Shown here piece by piece: positions 8,734 to 17,478 of a stretch of DNA of 24,000 bases. Below the pieces are notes generated by a model that had not been told where the DNA came from, did not search any database, and saw nothing but the letters and a program-made list of their open reading frames with translations. This DNA is from an uncultured delta proteobacterium (GTDB lineage Bacteria > Desulfobacterota > Desulfobulbia > Desulfobulbales > Desulfocapsaceae). The translations under genes were made by a program, and so were the position numbers. The stretch lies in the NCBI GenBank assembly GCA_963822095.1, contig CAWGGS010000030.1, positions 28,933 through 52,932 of the forward strand, given 5' to 3'. Position 1 is the stretch's first letter, and every line of letters begins with the position of its first letter.

Positions 8734-8869
8734 CTTGCCTCACCGGGATTTACGATTATTGTGCAAAGCATGGTTTTACTAAAACAAGGAGATTCTCCCA
8801 CGACATCATCTTGTTTTAATGAGCCTGTTTTATAAATGATCATATTCCTTCGTCCCTCACGGAGACACA

Positions 8870-9922
8870 ATGCAACTTTTTAAGAAAAAAACGCTGACCG
8901 GGCTTGCCAGGACCTGCGGCTGAGCAGCTAAAATCGGTCCGGCGGACTTGTCGGACGCCCTGCATGGTTTAGATTTCCATCATGACCCAAATCTGCTGGT
9001 CGGTGTTGAAACGTCCGATGACGCAGCTGTTTATAGGCTTACAGATCAGATTGCCATGGTCAATACCATTGACTTCATCACCCCCCCCGTGGACGATCCT
9101 TACTGGTTTGGGCAGATTGCGGCGGCAAATTCCATTTCGGACATATACTCCATGGGTGGAAAGCCTCTGACAGCTCTCAACGTGGTCATGTTTCCGACCA
9201 GCCACCTCGACAAGGGAGTATTAAGAGAGATCCTGCGCGGCGGCAACGACAAGGTTACAGAAGCAGGGGCATGTCTTGTCGGTGGCCATTCCGTGGATGA
9301 CAATGAACCGAAATACGGACTGTGCGTAAACGGCATCGTCCACCCGGAAAAAATTCTCACCAACTCGGGAGCCCGTCCCGGAGATGTCCTGGTTCTGACC
9401 AAGCCCCTTGGCTCCGGGGTTCTGTTCAATGCGGTCCGCTCAAGGAAATTCAGTTTTAAGGAACTCGAGCAGTCAACCCTTCCAACCGTTGCCTCACTCA
9501 ATGGACCGGCAATGGAAATCGCGCTTTCCTACGACCTGCACGCAGCCACCGACATAACCGGTTTCGGACTCCTTGGACACGCCCTGGAAATGGCCGCCGG
9601 CAGCAAAATGAGGATGTACTTCGACTATCAGTCCTTGCCCTTCTATAACGGCGCATACGACATGTATAAAAAGGGAGAAACAACCGGCAGCAACAAGGCC
9701 AACAGGGCCCTGGTGGAACGTCATGCCCTGAGCATTGTCCGAAAGCTTTCACCTCCCCAGGAAGAATTGCTCTTCGACCCGCAGACCTCGGGTGGACTAC
9801 TCCTTTCGCTTCCTGCAATGCAGGCCGAAGAAATGCTCCCTCGACTGCACCGGGCCGGGGTTTCGGCAGCAGCAATAATCGGCCGAGTAGAAAAGGAAGC
9901 CGTCGGGCTAATCATAGAATAG
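8870..9922 (+). CDS. selD: Selenide, water dikinase, selenocysteine-containing (in-frame TGA at 8921-8923)
   Basis: Track ORF 8948-9922 (DALHGLDFHHDPNLLVGVETSDDAAVYRLTDQIAMVNTIDFITPPVDDPYWFGQIAAANSISDIYSMGGKPLTALNVV) is SelD but lacks the N-terminus. Extending the same frame upstream gives ATG 8870: MQLFKKKTLTGLARTCG-U(TGA)-AAKIGPADLSDALHG. TGA falls at the conserved SelD active-site Cys/Sec position. 350 aa. Confidence 0.93.
8937..8956 (+). promoter_or_regulatory. Candidate bacterial SECIS hairpin
   Basis: GUCCGGC (8937-8943), loop GGACUU (8944-8949), GUCGGAC (8950-8956): 7 bp stem including one G-U. Apical loop begins 20 nt after the UGA and starts with G. Confidence 0.55.
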
Positions 9923-10000
9923 CTCTAGTCCATTTAATATGAACGTCTCTTAATTACTCTTTGTTTACATACTATCATGACCGGCAATCCATCAGGTGAT

Positions 10001-10040
10001 AAGGAGCTGTAAGTGAATTACAGCTCCTTAGATTTGATTT
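10001..10040 (+). terminator. Terminator-like hairpin downstream of selD
   Basis: Perfect 12-bp inverted repeat AAGGAGCTGTAA (10001-10012)-GTGAA-TTACAGCTCCTT (10018-10029) followed by a T-rich AGATTTGATTTT. Confidence 0.6.
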
Positions 10041-10105
10041 TCAATTGAGTTTTATGATAAACTTCATTCACTTACTCAAATGAGCCTTTAAGATCCCCAA
10101 AGAAC

Positions 10106-11053
10106 ATGACCGACAAAACACCGATAACGAACAGACGGAACACAACCGTTGTTCTGTTTGGAGAGATTCTTTTTGACATGTTCCCGGACCGTTCTGTACT
10201 CGGCGGGGCACCCTTCAATGTCGCCTGTCATCTCCAGGCCTTTGGTCTTAAACCGGTGCTGATCAGCCGCACGGGAAAAGATACGTTAAGCCGTGAGATT
10301 GTCACCAGAATGACCACGTGCAAAATGGACACCCAAGGCCTTCAATCGGACAGCATTTATCCCACTGGAACCGTTTTAATCCATTTAAAAAACGGCAATC
10401 ATCGGTTCGAGATATTGCCGGATCAAGCCTACGACTTCATAGATGCACAAGCTGCCTGCGATACGACACGGACCATCGTCCCCAACCTTATCTACTACGG
10501 AACCCTTGCCCAGCGGCATCCGGTCTCCCGAAAGGCTCTGGACGCATTACTCAACGCCTCAGAAGCCCCGCATTTCCTCGACATCAACCTGCGGACGCCG
10601 TGGTACAATACGGACATATTGCACTCTTCACTGACCCAGGCCGACATCGTAAAACTCAACCTCGATGAACTCTATCAGATTGGAGCCTTGCTCGAGTTCA
10701 AAGAAATAAAAAAAGAAGATCTGTCCCAGGCCCTGATGAAAAACTATAACCTTATGCATCTGCTGGTAACATGCGGCGATGCCGGAGCCTGGTTGATGCA
10801 TACGGATGGTCATGTCGTCGAGGCACCGGCCGGACAACCTCTTGAGATTATCGATACAGTTGGGGCCGGGGATGCTTTTTCAGCCGTTTTCATTCTCGGT
10901 CTTTTCAGTAATTGGCCAATGGTAGAGATACTGACCAGGGCCGATACCTTTGCCCGGTCTATATGCGAAATTCGGGGTGCTGTCCCCGATGACGACAGCT
11001 TTTACACCCCCTTTCGTGCGGCCTGGAATACCACTAAGGGAGCTCTTCCATGA
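10106..11053 (+). CDS. PfkB-family carbohydrate kinase, probable fructokinase
   Basis: 315 aa: VVLFGEILFDMFPDRSVLGGAPFNVACHLQAFGLKPVLISRTGKD and the C-terminal anion-hole motif IIDTVGAGDAFSAVFILG. Operon context with sucrose enzymes supports fructose as substrate. Confidence 0.88.
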   Translation: MTDKTPITNRRNTTVVLFGEILFDMFPDRSVLGGAPFNVACHLQAFGLKPVLISRTGKDTLSREIVTRMTTCKMDTQGLQSDSIYPTGTVLIHLKNGNHRFEILPDQAYDFIDAQAACDTTRTIVPNLIYYGTLAQRHPVSRKALDALLNASEAPHFLDINLRTPWYNTDILHSSLTQADIVKLNLDELYQIGALLEFKEIKKEDLSQALMKNYNLMHLLVTCGDAGAWLMHTDGHVVEAPAGQPLEIIDTVGAGDAFSAVFILGLFSNWPMVEILTRADTFARSICEIRGAVPDDDSFYTPFRAAWNTTKGALP

Positions 11054-13218
11054 ACACACAGCTCTACATCCTGATGCTCAGCATCCATGGTCTGATACGC
11101 GGCACGAATCCGGAACTTGGCCGTGATGCCGATACGGGGGGCCAGATCACCTATGTCCTTGAGCTGGCGAGAGCCCTGGGACGCAACCAGGGAGTGGAAC
11201 GTGTTGAACTTCTGACCCGTCAAATAGAAGATCCCGATGTCTCTCCCGATTACAGTGAAGCAAGAGAAAAGCTTGGGGAAAACGCCGATATCGTCCGCCT
11301 GCCCTTTGGCCCCAAACGATATATCCGCAAGGAACTCCTGTGGCGTCATCTTGACCATCTTGTCGACCGCTGTCTTCTGTATCTGCGCGGTCAGCAGAAA
11401 CTTCCCGATCTCATCCACACCCATTATGCAGACGCTGGGCTGGTGGGAGTTCATCTCTCCCAGCTCCTCGGTATTCCCCAGATCCACACCGGCCACTCAC
11501 TGGGGCGTTGCAAGCTGAAGCGTATGCTCGATGCAGGACGTAAGGAGCAGCCACTGGAGCGTCAATTCAACTTCAATCAACGAATTTCCGCCGAAGAAGA
11601 GGTGCTACGCCATGCATCAATGATCGTGACCAGCACCCGACAAGAGGTTGTTGAACAGTATGGAATGTATGAACACTTCGACGCTAAGCGTTCCATCGTA
11701 ATTCCACCGGGAACGGACACCTCCCGCTTTTCTCCCCCAGGGCGACAAAGGCTTCCGGTTTCCGTCATTTCGATGATCGACAGGTTTCTCTCCCATCCGG
11801 AAAAGTCTATGATCCTGACTATCTGTCGTCCGGATGCCAGAAAAAATCTCCAACGCCTGCTCATTGCCTATGGCGAGGATCAAAATCTTCAGGAAAAAGC
11901 CAATCTGGTGATCGTTGCCGGCAACCGTGACAACATACAGACCATGGAGGAATCACAACGAAAGGTACTCTCCGATCTTCTTTTTTCTATAGATCGCTAT
12001 GATCTCTGGGGCAAGGTCGCCCTGCCCAAGCACCACACCATGGATGACATTCCGAATCTCTATCGCCTTGCGGCCAGACGCCGCGGGGTCTTCGTAAATC
12101 CTGCTCTTACCGAACCCTTCGGTCTGACTCTGATTGAGGCTGCCGCAAGCGGCCTTCCCATAGTTGCAACAAATGACGGCGGCCCCAATGACATTATAAG
12201 CAATTGCCACAACGGCCTGTTGCTCAATCCGTTGTCCACAACCGAAATCGCCGAAACACTCAAGACAGCGCTGTCAAACCCGAGAACATGGAGGGATTGG
12301 TCAAAAAAAGGTATCAAGGGTGTGCGGCGTCACTACACCTGGGATGGCCATGTGGCCCAATTTATGACCTGCGCGGGTCGGATAATTCGCAAGTCCCGCA
12401 AACGTGTCAGGCGTGAGCTGGCAGCAACTCTGCGTGAAGGGAAATCCCCTCTCCCACTCGTCAACAAGGCATTGGTGAGTGATATCGACAATACCCTCAT
12501 AGGTGACAAGGAGGGACTGCAGAAACTGCTCAGCTGGCTCCACCAGAATGCAGGTTCATTGGCCTTCGGAATTGCCACAGGAAGAAATCTCGAAAGCGCC
12601 ATCAAAGTATTGCGGGAATGGAACCTCCCGTCACCGGATGTCCTGATAACCTCGGTGGGAACCGAGATCAATTACGGGTTCGACCTGCGCCCCGATGCCG
12701 GATGGGAAAAACATATCCGACACCAGTGGCGGCGAGACGCGTTGACCCGGGCCCTTATGGAAATCCCCGGAATAAAACCGCAACCCAAAGAAAATCAGCG
12801 CAAATTCAAGATCAGCTACAACGTCACCCCCGAAATGTTACCGCCCATAAAGGAGATATTGGCCCATCTGTCCGCTAAAAAGCTGAACGCCAACGTCATC
12901 TATTCCCACCAGGCGTATCTCGATATTCTTCCCATACGGGCATCTAAGGGCCAGGCTATCCGCTACCTCGCCTATAAATGGGGACTTCCACTAAACGCCT
13001 TCCTGGTGGCCGGTGATTCAGGAAACGATGCAGAGATGATGTTGGGAGATACCCTCGGCGTCATTGTCGGCAACCACAGCCCCGAACTCAAGTCATTACG
13101 CGGTCATCACCAGGTGTTTTTTGCCTCAGCCTTTAATGCCTGGGGCATTCTGGAAGGAATCGACCACTACAAATTCACAGACACTCCAACCTCTTGCGAA
13201 AGGCTCAGTGACCCATGA
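11050..13218 (+). CDS. sps: Sucrose-phosphate synthase with C-terminal HAD (sucrose-phosphatase-like) domain
   Basis: 722 aa. GT4 domain: [96 protein letters not shown] domain: [17 protein letters not shown]...[12 protein letters not shown]...[14 protein letters not shown]. Confidence 0.93.
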   Translation: MNTQLYILMLSIHGLIRGTNPELGRDADTGGQITYVLELARALGRNQGVERVELLTRQIEDPDVSPDYSEAREKLGENADIVRLPFGPKRYIRKELLWRHLDHLVDRCLLYLRGQQKLPDLIHTHYADAGLVGVHLSQLLGIPQIHTGHSLGRCKLKRMLDAGRKEQPLERQFNFNQRISAEEEVLRHASMIVTSTRQEVVEQYGMYEHFDAKRSIVIPPGTDTSRFSPPGRQRLPVSVISMIDRFLSHPEKSMILTICRPDARKNLQRLLIAYGEDQNLQEKANLVIVAGNRDNIQTMEESQRKVLSDLLFSIDRYDLWGKVALPKHHTMDDIPNLYRLAARRRGVFVNPALTEPFGLTLIEAAASGLPIVATNDGGPNDIISNCHNGLLLNPLSTTEIAETLKTALSNPRTWRDWSKKGIKGVRRHYTWDGHVAQFMTCAGRIIRKSRKRVRRELAATLREGKSPLPLVNKALVSDIDNTLIGDKEGLQKLLSWLHQNAGSLAFGIATGRNLESAIKVLREWNLPSPDVLITSVGTEINYGFDLRPDAGWEKHIRHQWRRDALTRALMEIPGIKPQPKENQRKFKISYNVTPEMLPPIKEILAHLSAKKLNANVIYSHQAYLDILPIRASKGQAIRYLAYKWGLPLNAFLVAGDSGNDAEMMLGDTLGVIVGNHSPELKSLRGHHQVFFASAFNAWGILEGIDHYKFTDTPTSCERLSDP

Positions 13219-15602
13219 TAGAAGATATTATTCAATTCACTAAAGAAAACCGTGATGCCGTCTATACTTTGCTCCATTCCTATTTTGCCGGTAACCGTCC
13301 TCTTCTCCTGCAGTCCGACCTGGTGCAGATCTATATCGAAATTTGCCAAAACCCTGAATATTCGTCCCTCTCGTCTTCCTTCCTCCATGAATTTATTTAT
13401 CAACTTCAGGAGGGGGTTTTTACCCACCCCTGGGCCTATTTCGCATTAAGAGAGCGCATCGCCCAATGGCGCTATCTCCGTTTCCATCTCGACCAGGTAA
13501 CCGTGGAAGAGGTCAGTATCAGTGAATTTTTGCGCTTTAAGGAGATGATGCACCCATCCGATACCCCGGAATCGATATTGGAGATTGACTTTGGTCCCTT
13601 TGGTAGAGAATTTCCCCGGTTGAAAGAGGCCAAATCCATCGGCCACGGAATGATATTTTTGAATCGCCAGCTTTCAAGCACCATGTTCCAGAAAATGAGT
13701 GAAGGTGAAGCCCGTCTGCTCCATTTCTTGAAGGTTCATTCCATCGACGGGAATCCCCTGATGATCAACGGAGGGTTCTCATCGGTTGCAATATTGCGAG
13801 ACGGACTGCGAAAGGCCCTTTCAAAAATCGAGCCTCTTGATCCCGATACCCCCTTTGACAATTTCAGAGATGCCCTGCACAAAATGGGATTTGCCCCCGG
13901 ATGGGGCGATACAGCGGCACGGGTTGCCGAAACCATGAATCTCCTGGTAGATATTTTAGAAGCCCCATCCCCAACTTCCCTCGAGGAATTCCTCGCTCGA
14001 ATTCCCATGATTTCCCGCCTCCTTATCATGTCTCCCCATGGGTATTTCGGCCAGGATAACGTACTGGGACTGCCGGATACCGGCGGCCAGGTCGTCTATA
14101 TCCTGGATCAGGTAAAAGCCCTGGAATACGAGATGCGTAAACGCCTGGCGCTCCAAGGGGTTCCGGTGGAGCCCAAGATACTGATTGTCACTCGCCTGAT
14201 CCCTGATTCCGAAGGAACCACCTGCAATCAACGCCTGGAAAAAGTGAACGGTTGCGACAACACCTGGATCCTGCGTGTGCCGTTCCAGAAAAAAAACGGA
14301 GAGATCATCCGTCACTGGATATCCCGCTTTGAGATATGGCCGTATCTAGAAGATTTTGCAAAAAATGTCGAACGTGAAGCGCTGGCCGAATTCGGTGGAC
14401 GACCGGATCTCATCATCGGTAATTATTCTGACGGCAATCTTGTTGCCTCGCTCATAAGCCGAAACCTCAAGGTCACCCAGTGCAATATCGCCCATGCTCT
14501 GGAAAAAACCAAATACCTCCACTCAGATCTGTATTGGCAGGAAAACGATGCCCAATACCATTTCTCTTGTCAATACACCGCCGATCTGATTGCCATGAAC
14601 ACCGCCGATTTCATCATTACCAGCACCTACCAGGAAATAGCCGGCACTGAAGACTCTATTGGTCAATATGAAAGTTACCGATCTTTCACCATGCCTGGGC
14701 TTTACCGGGTTGTCGACGGTATCAACCTCTTTGATCCCAAGTTCAATATCGTCTCCCCCGGAGCCAACTCAGGTGTCTACTTCCCCTATACAGAACATGA
14801 CCGGCGTCCCACTTCCCTGTTGCCGGAAATCGAGGAGATTCTCTTCGGTGGTCCAATCCAGCACTCACGGGGTATTTTGAAAGATCATGATAAGCCGATT
14901 ATATTCACCATGGCACGACTCGACAGAATCAAAAACCTTACCGGCCTGGTGGATTGGTACGGCAACTCACAGCGCCTCAGGAAGCTTGCCAACCTTGTCG
15001 TTGTGGGAGGGTATGTAACGGAAGAGGAATCGCGAGACCACGAAGAACAGGCCCAGATACTCGCCATGCACGAGCTGATGACCCGTCATCAGCTCGACGA
15101 ACAGATGCGCTGGGTCGGCATGCGTCTCAACAAGACTTTATCCGGTGAGCTCTACCGGTATATCGCCGATCGCCATGGTGTTTTTGTCCAGCCGGCCCTG
15201 TTTGAGGCCTTTGGACTTACTATCATTGAAGCCATGGCTTCGGGTTTGCCGACCTTTGCCACACGATACGGAGGTCCCCTTGAAATCATCGAAAATAACA
15301 AATCGGGTTTTCATATCGATCCCAACAGCGGTGCCGACTGTGTCGACCGAATAGCCGATTTTCTCGAAAACTGCAACCGAGACCCAAAGGAGTGGCACCG
15401 TCTTTCAGAAGGTGCCTTGACCAGGGTTGAGGCACGATATACCTGGAAGCTCTATGCGGAACGGATGATGACGCTGTCCCGCATCTACGGTTTCTGGAAA
15501 TTTATCAGCGATCTTGAACGAGAAGAAACCGAAAGATACCTCCATATGTTCTATCAATTGCAGTTCCGCCCACTTGCTGCAATGCTTGGTGAAGAACAAT
15601 AG
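13215..15602 (+). CDS. sus: Sucrose synthase
   Basis: 795 aa: [129 protein letters not shown]. Confidence 0.95.
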   Translation: MIEDIIQFTKENRDAVYTLLHSYFAGNRPLLLQSDLVQIYIEICQNPEYSSLSSSFLHEFIYQLQEGVFTHPWAYFALRERIAQWRYLRFHLDQVTVEEVSISEFLRFKEMMHPSDTPESILEIDFGPFGREFPRLKEAKSIGHGMIFLNRQLSSTMFQKMSEGEARLLHFLKVHSIDGNPLMINGGFSSVAILRDGLRKALSKIEPLDPDTPFDNFRDALHKMGFAPGWGDTAARVAETMNLLVDILEAPSPTSLEEFLARIPMISRLLIMSPHGYFGQDNVLGLPDTGGQVVYILDQVKALEYEMRKRLALQGVPVEPKILIVTRLIPDSEGTTCNQRLEKVNGCDNTWILRVPFQKKNGEIIRHWISRFEIWPYLEDFAKNVEREALAEFGGRPDLIIGNYSDGNLVASLISRNLKVTQCNIAHALEKTKYLHSDLYWQENDAQYHFSCQYTADLIAMNTADFIITSTYQEIAGTEDSIGQYESYRSFTMPGLYRVVDGINLFDPKFNIVSPGANSGVYFPYTEHDRRPTSLLPEIEEILFGGPIQHSRGILKDHDKPIIFTMARLDRIKNLTGLVDWYGNSQRLRKLANLVVVGGYVTEEESRDHEEQAQILAMHELMTRHQLDEQMRWVGMRLNKTLSGELYRYIADRHGVFVQPALFEAFGLTIIEAMASGLPTFATRYGGPLEIIENNKSGFHIDPNSGADCVDRIADFLENCNRDPKEWHRLSEGALTRVEARYTWKLYAERMMTLSRIYGFWKFISDLEREETERYLHMFYQLQFRPLAAMLGEEQ

Positions 15603-15606
15603 GTTT

Positions 15607-16413
15607 TTAGGTAAAAAATCCGGTGGGCCTGAGCCTTACGGAAATGGATTTAACCCCAGGTACTTTCTTAGCTTTTTCCGTGATTATATCGGAAAGTCTT
15701 GTATCCATGCGCATCGAAGCCCGCACTGCAACCTCAAAGGCTCCGCCAACACCGCTTACGGTACACGTCGGATATTCATCGATGAGTTCCGCCCTGATTT
15801 TGGCCGCAACAGCGAGGTCGTCAATGGCCTGTTGCGATTGGGCCGTGGTCTTGAACTGCGGTTGCCCTGCGGCTTCACAGATAAGATCGACGGCATTATC
15901 TATGGTCAATTTATCAATATGGACCACAAGGTCATACAGGTTGACATCAGTAGCATCCACACCATAGAGCTGAAAACTCCAGGCCTTGCGATCATGGTCA
16001 TCTTTTTGGAGAAACTCCACAGCCTGGTCCCGGCTCATATTATCCTTTGCTATCAGCGCTGCCACGCGGTCTTCAAAATTCGCGATGACCCTCACCTTAA
16101 ATAAGTGTCCCACGTCCTGGGCGAAAAAGTGTCCTGCCAGACCATGATAGACAACATTGTCTCCCCTGAAATGATCGAGAATTTCAGCGGTTACAAAGGC
16201 AATATATTTTTGTTTTTCATAGGTAAATCGCTCAAAAATTGAAGGTGCATCATGAATCGCCTGATCAAGCCTCTTTTGCGGAATCTGAAAATCCTTGGAC
16301 GCTTCGAGAACGACTTCTCTGGACACAGTGAGATAACCGAGCCGCTCCGCCACCTTTTCAGCCACCTCTTTCCCTTTACTAAAAGATCCCCTCGAAATTG
16401 TAATGATTGCCAT
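15607..16413 (-). CDS. Cytidylate kinase-like family protein with C-terminal extension
   Basis: 268 aa: MAIITISRGSFSKGKEVAEKVAERLGYLTVSREVVLEAS, VVYHGLAGHFFAQDVGHLFKVRVIANFEDRVA, ARKAW-like segment DDHDRKAWSFQLYGVD; C-terminal about 60 aa resembles a BON-like fold. Confidence 0.82.
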   Translation of the reverse strand: MAIITISRGSFSKGKEVAEKVAERLGYLTVSREVVLEASKDFQIPQKRLDQAIHDAPSIFERFTYEKQKYIAFVTAEILDHFRGDNVVYHGLAGHFFAQDVGHLFKVRVIANFEDRVAALIAKDNMSRDQAVEFLQKDDHDRKAWSFQLYGVDATDVNLYDLVVHIDKLTIDNAVDLICEAAGQPQFKTTAQSQQAIDDLAVAAKIRAELIDEYPTCTVSGVGGAFEVAVRASMRMDTRLSDIITEKAKKVPGVKSISVRLRPTGFFT

Positions 16414-16923
16414 ATATCCTCCCTCCGGTTAACAATAACTGAAATACACGATACGGGATCCGTATCACAACACCTCCCCATCGGCAAACCTGAATCAGCT
16501 TGCCCTTGATCCATTATCGCTCAATCTTCCCTCTCTTTCAAGGAAAGCATGCAATCACCTGCTTTTCTTTCTTATTTTCGTCTTTCATCGCTTTTAAACG
16601 CCATGGTCATAGAAAAACGTCGCTCCTCCGGGAAAGCCGAAACTACAGATATGCTCCATCCCGGAAGGCCTGAGCCCGGATTGAATAGAGTCTTTAAATC
16701 CCTCATTATTCTTAGAATAACCAAGCCCATGCCTCTTCATTTTTCATGGGCCTGGTTTTCCCTATCCGAATCATTTTTCTGGCAGTAGCTGCTACTTGGT
16801 TCCCCAAAAGTACATCCCTTTATCCGAGATACCGATATCGTGGGTTGACGAAAATTCGGGATGTAGGATATCTATCCCTTGCGTTTTCCCCATTCCCCGC
16901 TCACCAGCCAGTGGAAAGGTCTG

Positions 16924-17316
16924 TTAAGCAGACGGGAGAAAGTCGATACCTTTGCCCTGGAGTTTTTCTGGAAGAGATATTTGAAGATTTGAGCAAAACT
17001 CCTTTGCCGAAACGGCATTGGACTCACCTGTCAGTTTTCCATTCCGGTAGTACCGAATGTAGGGAACCTGGTCATTACCGAAAACCTCTTCCTTGAATGT
17101 GCAAAAGCTGTCGAAAAAGTCAGTGAGATCATATTCCAGATAAAAAATCGAACAATCAGGTAGATCACCGATAAACCGTTTCATTGCCAGCCACTGAGGG
17201 CACCAGCTCTGAGTCAGGAAAACAGCGACTTTTTCAGATGAGGAAAGGATTTGCTCCTCAAACTCTCCATGATCTCTACAAAATAGAGCTTGATCCTTGG
17301 ATATTTCTTTCAACAT
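16924..17316 (-). CDS. Thioredoxin-like fold protein
   Basis: The track starts at 17349; ATG at 17316 (MLKEISKDQALFCRDHGEFEEQILSSSEKVAVFLTQSWCPQWLAMKRFIGDLPDCSIFYLEYDLTD...VPYIRYYRNGKLTGES) has an upstream AGGAAAC. Layout is thioredoxin-like (beta-strand-WCxxW-helix...cis-Pro VPYIRYYRNGK). Confidence 0.6.
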   Translation of the reverse strand: MLKEISKDQALFCRDHGEFEEQILSSSEKVAVFLTQSWCPQWLAMKRFIGDLPDCSIFYLEYDLTDFFDSFCTFKEEVFGNDQVPYIRYYRNGKLTGESNAVSAKEFCSNLQISLPEKLQGKGIDFLPSA

Positions 17317-17478
17317 AATAGTTTCCTTTGAATAGTAGGATTTTTGCAATCCAAAATTTTTCTCTTAGATTCGTTGCACCTGTATAGGAAAGTCTCACAA
17401 GAGCGACGGCCTTGCCATGCCCAGGTGAGGGGCTTTCATATTTCGTTGTGACCGGCGGTTCTGGTTTGGCCATGCGGG

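Noticed and set aside
8480-8743. 87-aa minus-strand ORF between the glycosyltransferase and selD
   Set aside because: Composition is driven by the palindromic element and the terminator-like T/A tract, with no domain signature.
8948-9922. SelD start at TTG 8948 as given by the ORF track
   Set aside because: This would remove the catalytic residue and N-terminus. The same frame extends upstream through a Sec TGA to ATG 8870 with a ribosome-binding site.
15514-16104. 196-aa plus-strand ORF across the sus/cytidylate kinase-like junction
   Set aside because: Antisense to the kinase-like gene and overlapping the end of sus. The sequence has no family features.
16549-17096. Plus-strand ORFs in and near the 16.4-16.9 kb gap
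   Set aside because: No recognisable motifs or good ribosome-binding sites; the second is mostly antisense to the thioredoxin-like gene.
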